From Trichosphaerium sp. ATCC 40318 (Eukaryota; Protista; Tubulinea): DNA of 64,000 bases. Below the pieces are notes generated by a model that made no database searches, was not told the DNA's origin, and worked only from the letters and a program-made list of their open reading frames with translations. Both the position numbers and the translations under genes were made by a program. The stretch lies in NCBI GenBank assembly GCA_038496445.1, contig JALMLS010000159.1, forward strand, positions 1-64,000. The letters are read 5' to 3'. Positions 50,301-62,215 of the stretch are shown here, in pieces; positions within the stretch are counted from its first letter, which is position 1; every line of letters starts with the position of its first letter.

Positions 50301-52889
50301 CTCCATTGACCCAAAAGGAGCAAAATATCACATTAGTTCAGGCAAAGAACAAGAACCCACAAATATTCTCTTTATCTAAATCACCAACAAAGTGGAAGAT
50401 ATTATCGTACACACCTACAACAGACTCTAAAGTTGAACATAAAGTGGTAGAAACAGTCACCATAAACAAGGAAACCAATAAAATAGTACGGCGTATTTCA
50501 ACAATCAAAACTAACAATATCACGTGTTAGTCACTACCTGATCAATATGAGGTCATACCACATGTTTCAAAGTTCTTGGCATACACTTTTAACTCACAAG
50601 ATCTACCTATAGACATATTTAATGACTTGCAGAGAAGATTGAGAAGTACGCCAACATGAGCGGTTTATGATTATGATTAGATGCTAAACACTAAAATAGA
50701 GTTCCAAAACAAAGAGTTTCGTTTGTTTTCAAACTTGATTGTACTCTCTGATTTCTATGGCAATATCATCACATTATATTATATTGATCATAGCATCAAA
50801 GTTGTCATTAGAGGCATAGCACCACGGCTATGGATGGTAATAACATGAAATAGAAGTTTAAACATTGAAATTTTTAGGAATCTCTTGATACATACCTAAA
50901 ACCTTTGGACATCACTCCAGTTCCGCTATGTCCAGTCAGCATACAATTTGGAGAGTTTATTGAGGTTACAAACAATTCGTATGAGTGCAAAAAGACAAGT
51001 GAGTGTATTAGGCATACATTTATACACGTGTAGTTGTCATATATTATACAACCAGATGGCATATTTCCAAGTTAACAAACTGATTATTTCTTAGAACATG
51101 TTGTCACTGAGAGTCATTTAAAAGAAGGATTTCCTGTACTCAAACATGCGAGACATAATCTGTGGGGTAGCTTGCATGGAGAAAGATTTCTGAAAATAGG
51201 TGACTGGGAAACACCTCAAAAGTATCCTGGGTTACAAATCACGTTTCTCACAAAAGATGAAAAAAGCAAGGTACAAACCACATTTGAATACCATGACTTT
51301 CTTACTAAAGCATTGATATAAGGAACGTTATGATGAGTATCTGAGAGCTAGCAACATGTTTTATAAGTTCATGGGAACTGATAGTGCTTCATTTTATGAG
51401 TTGGAGAAGATTGCTTTCTTGAACAATCCAAAACTTGAAGACAAATTCGAGGAGCAATACAATACTTTTGTCAAGAAAGTACTTCAATCCAAAAAATCAG
51501 GCAAGTCACCTTCTTGGTCAGCTTTTTCTAATAGTTTAGATATGAATGATGATTCTACTGTGGATGAAGATACACGTAAATTACAAGAACGAACTTTGAA
51601 TCATTTGAAGAGCCATGTGATGTGTGTTTCAGGCAATGAGCAAATCAACCTCATACCTGGATTACACGGTACATCAGAGGTACATCACATTATTCTCATC
51701 AGAACCAAGAAATAGTTAACCTTAGATTTTATTTAGGATACTAGTTTTAAGATCGCTTGGAGCAACTTTAGAGAACCACACGAGAATACAAACAAGAAAG
51801 ATCCAGGATACTTTGGTATGGCTTAGTAACAAGTTAGTTTAATGAACTAAAATTGACAAAGGAGATGGGATTTACTTTACTCAGTACCCTGATTGTGGTA
51901 AGTTGACGACATAGCGTTATGTTGAGTAGTCCTGTATTAACAATTGAGGTAGGAAGGAAGTATGCTGAATGGGATAAAAAGGAGAAGAATCCGTGCATGT
52001 TGATATCATGGATAATGATGGGAAAACCTTATCCAGCAACAGAAAACCCTGTACCAGGTGATCCTAAAAGTCTTCTTGGAAAAGAATGCAAGGTACAACT
52101 CTTTTTTCATTGACAAGTACTTCTATTACGCCTGTCACTTCTTTTTATTGTTTTTTTCTCAGAAAGGTTATGATTCTCATTATGTACTCACTAAATCAAC
52201 ATCTGGGTTTCTGTGTGGCATTGATGACAAAATAGATCAAAACGAGATTGTTGTATTTTCAAAAAACCAAGTATGTAGACATCACCACACTTAGCCTTCT
52301 GCCATTATTCAACAGTGTTCTTATTTCATAATCTAGATTCTTCCACGATACCTTGTATACTACAAAGCAATAGACAGTACCAATATCGAGTCATATGAAC
52401 TCAAGCACAGGGATGCTAAATGTCTTGTTTTGTGGGTTGACGCTAATCTATCAGTTGAAAACAAGAAGATTATGGAAATGCTTCAAAAAAGGCCAAAGAA
52501 GACAGAGGTACACAAACCAAATAAAGCGATTCATCTAAGAACTACAAAGGTATTGGTAATGAAGTCATCATCTCAGGTTTTGGCATGGATTGATAAGTTC
52601 AAAGGGTTCTGTAACAACAGGTTACGTATCATCACAAATAGATATCGAAAAGGTGATGGAGATGAGCGAGCAGCAGAGAAGTTGATCAAGAGCATTAGAA
52701 AAATTAAAACATGTGCCAAAACACCTATTCTTGTTTTTTGTGGTATGTCAACTACCCCTTTTATTAATCACGTGATTTTTAGTTAACACATAGTGTTTGT
52801 TAGGAGACACGTCAAAGGCAAAATACCTCAAGAAAAAATACAAGAAGGTATCCATCACAAATAAAGTTCAAGATGTATTGGAGATTTAG
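47357..52889 (+). CDS. Roco-family copy 3 (apparently intact): MORN array - Roc - COR - PARP-type ART (H-Y-E) - pseudo-receiver
   Basis: Spliced ORF: KIMVVGHEGAG|KTTLVRTL..STIGFD..VLDFAGQVEYKGLHKYF..VIVFGSKLD (Roc); LCLDPPILSHIM, LPIDIFNDLQRRL (COR); LHGT / PGYF|GDGIYFT..KYA / YDSH / QNEIVVF..Q|ILPRYLVYY (ART); VLWVDAN..IITNRY..AAEKLIKSIR..PILVFC. TAG at 52887-52889. Confidence 0.9.
47543..48115 (+). repeat. Eight highly similar MORN units (7 x 72 bp plus 1 x 69 bp)
   Basis: YKGQFKxxKxHGDGExYxxxGTLx repeated eight times, with near-identical scaffold DNA. Confidence 0.92.
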
Positions 52890-53436
52890 GAATGTAAGAA
52901 TAGCTTACATCTTTCCTTAACAGTTTACTATTATGCAAGTTATGTAGTTCAGACATTGCTCCTTGCTTCTACCAACAATGTTATAAGTGCTACAATAAAG
53001 TCACAGAACTTGTGTTATTCTTTACTTTTGTTTGCACAAGGAACCAGTTAGCGTCTTCAAAGTTATGTTGGTCTTTACCTACATCTTTGCCCTGGTTATC
53101 ACAAAGGCTGTTTTGCATCAACGTTTAAGGACGCTATCAAGCCTATTTAAGGGGTTTTTGAAAAATAATAATCAGCATTGGAAAATCAATCTTCTTTGGG
53201 AACAGTTCTCATACAACAATGACTAAATATGGCTTGATTTACTCGCAATACTCATAAATAGCAAACCAATAACGGCTTTGAAAAAAAAAACACGTGGAAA
53301 AAAAAGTCTGTACACTTCAAGCAAGTGTTCCCAGATCACACGGGTCATACAGCACACCATAAAGAAAGCATTTAAGCAGAAAGAGGGTATGTATTTACTT
53401 CTACGGCAAACGTTAACTCTTGCGTAGATTAAAACA

Positions 53437-55362
53437 ATGACGTTTTGGCTAGTTGGAGCACTAACAGCGTTGGCAATCGGAGTGATTTTGATATTGCGGA
53501 GAAATAATAGCTCCGGACAGTTACCTGGCCCTCCGAAGCTGCCTATTATTGGTAATTTGTTTGATATGATGAAAATGAGCAAAGACAGGAAAAATATATT
53601 GAACAAGGCACATCATCAACGGTTTTTTTTCTAAATAATTTCGAAGGCAACTCGAATGCTATTTGTATTCAATTGTCCGTGACAAAAAAAAATCTTGTCA
53701 CGTGACATCGCAAAAATGACATTTGAACCTTGTTTGCGCAACGTGTTTTGTTAACTGATTCGAGCTACTATTTTATGATGTTTAATGCTTTGCTATAGTG
53801 GAAGAAGAAGTATGGCAGCGTCTACACCTTATCTGTGTTCCGTTCTGAATTCGTTGTTCTCACCGAATACGAAGACATTCGCAAAGTTACACTTCAGCGT
53901 CCTAATGCAGCTTTCAATAACTTTCTGTTTGACAACATGAAAGCGATTGAGGTAATCCGATACTTAGTGCGATGTATCTGATATGTTTATAGGAGCTTAG
54001 ATTGAATAAAGGACTTGGGACATCATCTGGGCAAGAGTACAAAGACCTAAAGAAAGTGATTGCGCCAAAGTTTACAAACAATGCAATACAAAAACAGTTT
54101 GCTGTTATTGTGAATGTGTTTGTAGAGTTGATGGAAGAACTCGGGCAACTAGCAGATTCAAAAACACCTGTAGATGACATAGACATTATTGCAACACGCA
54201 CAACACTTCGTGTGGTTACACGTGCAGCTCTGGGATCCCCAAAGTCTTTCAACGGTACAACGCAATACCAGATGTAAACTGATTTTGACATATTTATTAG
54301 ACAACAAACAAGCCGAGACACGAATGTGCCTTATGCTCTCCAAGTTAATGAATATGATGATAAAGAGAGCCAATAGTCCAATATCGTATTGGCACATTCC
54401 ATTTCTCAAACCAAAAGTGCGTGATGTCTAGTTTCTTGATTGTCAGAAACTTACTTTTTTTTTCAAGGCTGAAGTAGAAATTGAAAAAGAACTCAAGGAG
54501 TTTGTCTATCCCTTTATTGATAATGTTATTACTGCTGCTACAAAATCAATGTCACGTGATGATCATGAGCCAGAAAATATGATTGAGGTACGTTGTAAAG
54601 ATAGCAAGACGTGTATATTGATGTTCTTGTCTTAGGTGATGTTAGCACATGGTTTTGATAGAGAAACAGTTTTCCAAAATGGTCTTGGTTTGTACTTGGC
54701 TGGTACAGAAACTACTTCAGGAGCGCTATTATCTATTATATACACTCTTTGTTTATATCCAAAGTACCAAGACATGATTTACAAGGAAGTAGCACCAACC
54801 ATGGCACAGAACAATCTTGATTATGCTGATTTCAAAAAATCGACGCTTGTTGACAACTTTGTCCAAGAAGTCTTACGTATACACCACACTGCAATTCTTA
54901 CCTCCAGATCTCTTAAAGACCAAACGATAGAGCTTAAAAACGGACGTAAGTTCACCATGTACTGTTTTTCTAACAAACCCTAATTGGTTCTTTAGCTGTC
55001 TTCTTAAAGAAAGGAATAAAAATTTTATGTGACACGGGTAATCTCACCTCAATGTTCAAAGATGCTTCAAAATTTAATCCTGAACGCTTTGAAAATGGTG
55101 GTACGTAGCACTGTAGATTTAGATAAGTCATAATAGTATTTTCCTAGAACCAACAATGTTTACCTTTGGATTTGGAAAACGAAGCTGTACTGGAAAAAAC
55201 CTTGCTGTAACAGAACTCGTCATATTTCTGTCACTTCTTTGTTATAATTTCAAAGTATCAATGGCTCCAGGTACCCACATAAACGATGTTAAAAAAGTGA
55301 ACAAACCTATGCTTGGATATGAAAATCTCTCAATATTGCTGGAGCGTAGGCAGCACGTGTAA
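53437..55362 (+). CDS. Cytochrome P450, paralog of 5947-7876
   Basis: Same exon structure, with LAGTETT, QEVLR, PERF and FGFGKRSCTG. The first intron donor reads GC (AAG|gcacat). Confidence 0.88.
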
Positions 55363-55892
55363 AAAATGTTCCGGAAAAAAAAATAGCACATGGCATTTAC
55401 TTGTCTGTGGCCGATAATCGGTTATAGTTTGTTGTCACTGATTTTTTATGTTGAATAATCAGTTAGTTTACCTAAATTAATAAACAACTTTACTGGCTTC
55501 CGTTGTACCTTGTTGTTTTAATATTCTTATTGAACAATATAGAACAGCCGAAAAGTATGACTTCTAGGCACTCAGGCAGTATCATGTAAAGCGATAGCAG
55601 TAGGTTGGCGGTTAGAGAATACATTGAATTAGAGCATTCCGCTACAAAACTGAAAGTGAATTAGGTCAGGACCTACCACGTGACAATACCATCAATACAC
55701 TTTTGTACAATTGAGCCTTAATTTATGCTTATTCAGGGTCTTCGTGGTGTTTCCAAGCGTCAAAGGCAAAATAAAAAATGTAGAACCAATTTGAACAAAA
55801 GTTTATTAACTTTATGTTTTCCTTTTCGGGTTTTGTGTTCTTTTCAAAAACATATTCAACCTCCGCCCACGAAGCAAGCAACATGTGATCAA

Positions 55893-56230
55893 ATGTCTAA
55901 AAGAGATAATCAACCACACCACTCATTTTACAACTCAAAAAGCTCCGGAAAGTTTCCTAACGTTGCTGCTCCTTCAATGGGTGGAGATACAAATGGTATG
56001 GTACTTGAAAGCGTTCATTTTCTTATTCTAAGTAGAATCACCCGGCGCAAGAAGAATAAGAAGAACCCCAATCCATGGGCACGAACATCACCAAGCTCTT
56101 AATATAAAGCACGCCAAAAAGTACGCTGACAGTTTGGAACAAATAAAATAAAAAGTACAATAACACAACTTTAGGATATCACGACAGAAGAGACAGCGCA
56201 ATAAGAAGAGTTCAGTTGAAGGTACCTTAG
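55893..56230 (+). pseudogene. Truncated member of the SMGGDT/HEPN-like family (N-terminal exons only)
   Basis: MSKRDNQPHHSF..VAAPSMGGDTN| follows the shared upstream block. No RNxxxH exon is found before the Ras gene. Confidence 0.55.
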
Positions 56231-56571
56231 AAATACAAAGCCTCTTTTGAATTCCTACTAATGTGGAAGCTAGGAACATCACCCAAGCAGCAGTTAGCAA
56301 AAGGGGAAAAGCAATACAACAAAAACAAAAGACAATTGGTTTACACCTAATGAATGACAGTTTTGTATTGCAGTCGCCATCCACATATAAAAATATGAGG
56401 CTGTTTGGTGATAACACAAAAACAACGAAGTCACGTGTGTCAAAACGTTTTTCTTCCTAAATTATGACAGATACGTATGTTACTGGCGTTTGATAAGTGA
56501 GAGGTAGTTGTTTAAGTACCTTAAAATAGATTTCATTGAACCCACAATAATAACACGTTGTAAAACTTCAC

Positions 56572-57400
56572 ATGGAGGTTCTAGTACGCAAAAAAAGAGG
56601 CTGTAAAATTAAACAAACACTCATAAGTCTAGCCTGAAATAAATGAGTACAAACTCATGGTATTTGGCCCTGTAGGAGTTGGAAAATCAACAACAACAAT
56701 ACAGTTCGTTCAAAACTCATTTTTAGAAGAACCCAACGTAGAAGACTTGGAATTAACGTACGGGCGGAGTTTTTCTAAACCACTTTTAACGTTTTGAGTT
56801 TAAAACAACTCTAAAACGCTCACACAATAAGGTATCGTAAGCAAGTCACCATAGATGACGAAAATATCATGCTTGACATTCCTGATACATGGCCACGTAC
56901 TGAGTTTTCTAGTTTTATTGATGAACGAGTAAGTACATAACATTTAAGTTGCTGGCAATCTAACAGCAGGTTGTAGAGCGTTCGGTTTGGTCACGGTTTT
57001 ATTTTGATGTACAGTATAACAGACAGACAATCATTTGAAGAAATACAGAGGTTCTTTGACGAAATTTATGGGTAACAACAATAGACTTCAAAAACCACTT
57101 ATGAATGATCTTTAATGATCTATTTCGACATTCTCAAGGACTGAGTAACTTGTTTGTAGGTACAGTGAAGCACAAAACAAGCCAAGTGTACTTGTTGGAA
57201 ATAAAGTAGACTTGGAAGAAGACAGACAAGTAACCACAGAAGAAGGAAAGGAACTTGCACAAAAGAATGAATGTTTATTTTTTGAGGCATCTGCTAAAAC
57301 ACGTGTCAATGTTGATGAACAGTTTTATGAACTTGTAAGAGAAATTCGTAGACTTAAGGCACTCCATCCAGTAAAACAGCGTAGATGTATTGTAATGTGA
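56572..57400 (+). CDS. Atypical Ras-family small GTPase with CAAX (CIVM)
   Basis: EYKLMVFGPVGVGKSTTTIQFVQNSF, YRKQVTID, LDIPDTWPR, VLVGNKVDL, FFEASAK. Five exons. Confidence 0.9.
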
Positions 57401-57537
57401 CTAAAAGGCAAATCAGTTCTAAGTGATTTAGTGCTGAAATGCAACCAGCCCAAGAAAGAAAGTTTGGCTTGTTAGTGAATCCTTCATAAGTTCGTTAAAA
57501 TTGGTTAAGTGAACTTTAAACGGTAAGGCGAATACAA

Positions 57538-58594
57538 ATGACATCTGATACCCCCAGTGATATTAAGGTTGTGGCTTGTGGTGACCACGTAGGTAACACA
57601 TAAATAAACACGAAAACTATGCTATTAACTAACAAACTTAAGGCAAAACGCATCTGATATGGGGTATTGATATGGTATTTAATTATGGACAGGTTATTGG
57701 AGATATTTTACCTGATTACGTCCACACGGTTGTACCGTCATGTTATGATCCAATTACGATGCGCAAAGACCCGTTTGCTTTAGGTACCTATGCGGAGTGT
57801 ATTTTTAGATTTCTGGGTTTGTGTTTACACGTGGTCGTAACTGTGTTTTTTTTTTTTTTTCAATTAAAAATGATTATTGTATTGCAGAAATATGCGATAC
57901 ACATTGTTACCCAGAGATGGCTCCGATTAGAACTCCTACTTATCTCAGCACGGTAATTTTCTTTTTGATTGTTGTACAAGCTTAAAACGCTCTGTTTGGA
58001 TGACGGTTGTAAGCATAGGATGTTTTCTTAGTTTGCTTCTCCATTGATATCTATAAATCATATGAGAGTATTACATCTAGAGTGCGTACAATAACTGTCT
58101 ATATATTGGATTCTTTTATTTATGTGCTTATTTAATTGGGTAGTGGATACCAGAGTTATCTGATTGTGGACAACTTCTTGTGCCACGTATTCTTGTTGGC
58201 TTAAATCAAGATACAAGAGTTAGAGCTATTGTTGAGGTACATATTTAAATCACTTTGGTCCCCATGCAACTCGACAACCAAAACAATTTCGAAGAAGCTA
58301 AAAACAATAATAAGGGTAAGCCTCGTATAAGTTGGTCACAAGGTATTGATTTAGCAAAAAAAACTAAGGTACATTGACGAATAACATCAAATGTTTAGCT
58401 TACATCTTTTTTTTTTGGGATAGGCTTTTAGTTATGTTGAAGTTGATCTGGTTCGTGGTTGTGGTGTAACAGAACGTATTAAACTTTATCTCAATTTTTA
58501 ACCTTATTGACTTGGATTTATAGTTCTTGATGAGGTTTGCGCTGTACATCATTGTATTCACAAGCATGATCATAAGCGATGTACAATACAATAA
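57538..58594 (+). CDS. Degenerate Rho/Rac-like GTPase with CAAX (CTIQ)
   Basis: IKVVACGDHVG|KT, YVHTVV, ICDTHCYPEMAPIRTPTY, DVFLVCFSID..SYESI..WIPEL, PRILVGLNQD, ISWSQGIDLAKK..YVE. Confidence 0.78.
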
Positions 58595-60389
58595 AAAAGT
58601 GTTTTATTTTCTCATAATTTTCTTACTTGAGGCATTTGTTCCCAAGTTGATGGTTCAGAGTTTAAAGTGACTCTTTATTGTTGTAAGTAGATTATAGATT
58701 ATAAGATCAAATAATTATGTTCACGAAAAGAAGACAACACAAGAAAAGAATAGAGCGTCAGCTATTGGTGCGTCTACCGAAGGCAAAGAGTTGGAAAAAA
58801 GGCGAGTATTCTATTCAGTGCCACCAAATGCTGTTCTTAAATTCTACATATTTTAAACTCACTCACATAGTTTTGTTATTGACATGGAAGCCCACTATTT
58901 TGGAGTTTAGCAAGAACAAAAGTCAACATTTTATTGATGTAAAACTGCACAATGCGTATTGTGCGGTTCAACCAAAGTAGCCTTTATAAATAATTTATCA
59001 AAATAGATAAAGTGAGCAAATATGAGTTTCCTGTTGCTACAGCGGTTTCAAGAGTTTTGACTGATGAAAAGCCCTGACAAGCGGCTGTTGTAGAAACTAT
59101 TGGAACTGGTGCAAACTATTGTGTTATCAAAGTTATTTGGGTACTTTGGTTGTAACGCACAATAATTCAGGGTTGTACCCTCATACCATACTACGTAGCT
59201 GTAAGAACAACTGCCAAAAAAAGAGATTAACTTCTAGCAAAAATAACAACTTAGTTGGGTTTGCAGGAGCCACGTGGTTCTGTGTTGTTTTTCAATCACT
59301 GAGACGGTTGTCATTATTAACAACCTAAACTTAATTAAACATATTTAAGCCTTAGTAGTTCACTAACAATTGCATGTAAATTACGATTATGAGTGAAATG
59401 TTTTGAAACCAAAAAACTGAAAAACACATTCTTTTTTACGCTCAACTTTTTACAAGGTCGAAATTCCTCAATTTGCGTTTCGTCCAAAGGCGCAACATTT
59501 CATTCAATCATAGTCGTTTCGGAAGTTAAACCGGCTTTCAGAACCTAAACGGTTAACAGTTTGACACCGGAAAAGTAATACCTCCATTGACGGTATTGTT
59601 ACGATCTGAAGGCAGCGATTTAAGATTCGCAAATGAAATCGTAACGTAACCAGCTAACAACTTAAACGGTAAGAGCCACAGTAATCGGTATTGATGGAGA
59701 AAGAAAATGGCTTTAACAACACTATTTAACAAGTACATTAAATGCTAACAGCTTGACTGATGTACGTCAAGAGCAATTGTCACTGTAAAAAGGCCCGGAT
59801 TTAGATTCATATTACTTAATCCTGACTATAGTGTCCTAATCCACCTTTGGCTAATATTACTAAACATGTAATAGCATTACTTAATGTTAAATCAGACCTG
59901 TACCAATCAAACAGCGAAGACGATCTGGTAGGAGAGGAACAAATCTGTCCCTGACAGATAACTCTAGCGCAGAGCGAGCGCGTGTGGTTTATTTACAAAA
60001 TACACGTCGCGAAATGTAAAATAAAGTTTTCGAAAAAAAAAAATTTTTGTTTTTTTGAGAAAGGTTTTCCAAATTATTAAGGGTGCGGTGGGAGGGTGAT
60101 TTCTGCTTGCTATCCTGTGCTGTTGTCGTATGTCACGTTCTGATAGTCAATCTCGTTCTTATCAAACGCCTGAAATGTCTACATGTTCAGTCATGCTTTA
60201 AGGGTTTCATCCGTTATAATACTTCCTTTATAATATGTAATTGCCTTGTAATAAACTTACCTAATAAAGCATAGCTTTATACCTCACACAAGCGCAACGC
60301 CCATCTCTAATAACTCTCCTCTTACTCTTCAGGTACTTAACCTTCGGACACTTTTACAGCACAATACAAGAATATAACAAGAAAGAAGG

Positions 60390-62215
60390 TACATCGTAAA
60401 CACTTTCGCTTTCTTCCGTTTGTTCTGCGAGTTTGTATTTCTTCAATTGTTCCTGTTGTTCTCGGTTTGTAGTTTGCAGTTTGTTAATCACTCTTCTAGC
60501 TTGTTCAAGTTCTGCTTCAGTCTTTTGTTATCCACCAACAGTTTTTTAGTTTCGACATCTTGAGCATTTTTTTCTTTGCTATGTAAAAGATAAGAGATAA
60601 TGTCTATCATCATTAAAAAAAAAGCCATACGCAGTCAGTAGTATATCTTTAAAATGATGTTGTGCATTCTTCTCATCCACACACCTTTTGAGCATTCCTT
60701 GAGTTTATATTAGTACAAAATAATTGTAGCTTTCGCACCTTCACGAGTAATTTTTTGGCACCTCAACCCACATGACTCTGCAAAAAGTGCAAGAGCATTG
60801 GCAGACGATCCTGAACCTAAAGCTGCTCGCTTGTCATTATGACAATACGCGTTTCTTTGTAGCACTACAAAGCCCCATTGGGAAAATGCTTCAGCAGCAT
60901 TTGGTAATACTGTCGCAATTTCAAGCCAAAGTTGCGACGGATACCATTTTTTGTTTTTTCTATACATTAATGCATTGCTCCATTTGGTGATATCAAACGT
61001 CTTTGTATCGTTGGGAATAGGAGAACTTATCTTTTTGTGCTTAAGAGCATGTTGATACGCTTGATTGAGAGTCATACAAGCTAGCTCACCCACTGCGTCT
61101 ACTACTGCTTTATCGAAACATGTCCGTGAAGATGTGCCAATTTTTGATAACGCTATCATGTTATACCTACAATGGAATAAGCAATACAAGTACCTTGTAT
61201 ACGTACATATCAGGAGTTATCTTCGAACAGGGATCTGTTTGTGGCATATTTACCCTACGTCAAGTCAGGAGAAAAAAACCGATCTGATTGAAATGCAATT
61301 GTAAAAGCTAAAACAATAACTTACTGAGGACTACGCTCTGGACTACGATTTTGAAACCTATTACGACGCTCTTCAAAGTTGCCACTGCATATTTCGGGTT
61401 GGAGTCTTCTGTCGCTGCCGTTGTATTGTCCTCTAACTAGGCTGGTACTATAGCCTGAGGTACAACCTTCTAGCTGCCACCTAGCAGGACTTCTACTGCG
61501 GCGCTCGTGTGGCCGTCTAACCGGGCCACTACGCCTGTATTCAGGGCTTGTACGGCGTTTGTATTGCCCTCTATTTGGGCTTTTTCTGTGACTACTGTCA
61601 CGTTGTTTGCCACGTATTTTATCCTCGTGTCTAATACGAATTAAAGTGGGAAAATTGGTGTAAAATAGCAACGTACTCTACATAGTAATCATGTTGTATT
61701 GCGCTATACGGTGCTCGTTGATTCCTATCAATATCATCTACAGATATTACAATTAAAGTCCAAGTACCTTCGATCCTGCCTTCCACTGTTTTCTCTTCGT
61801 AAACCTTCGAAAAGTTAGAAAGCAACAGCTATGACCTATGTACTACCTCTACGATGTCTAGAAGTTCCGCTAGATTGTGTTAGTTTTAATCAGTTAAAAG
61901 TGTCAACCTACTTTCTGTGTTGCTGAAAATCTGCTTCCGTTCGCTCTACGTTTATGTCATCCTCACTTCCCCTCTGGCGTTCTGTAGAGATAAGCCAAAG
62001 TAATCTAGGAACACTGTACCTCTACTTGCTGTGTGTGGTCTATATGAGCTATCACAAGGCTCACGGGCGACTGCGTTGGTTGGAGTTTCTAAAGCAATAA
62101 GATAAAATGCGTAGGTTAATAGCATACCATTTGTATCTCCGCCCATCGAAGGAGCAACAGAAACAGGTGCGTCGATAATATGAGAACCAGGTTGAGTAGA
62201 ACGGCTTCTAGACAT
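60390..62215 (-). CDS. Paralog of 26759-28869: SR-rich N-terminus, HEPN-like RNxxxH domain, coiled coil (possible 3' frameshift; 3' end uncertain)
   Basis: MSRSRSTQPG..SMGGDTN|, RSRSP-rich exons, and LACMTLNQAY..FDITKW..VVLQRNAYCH. Confidence 0.6.
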
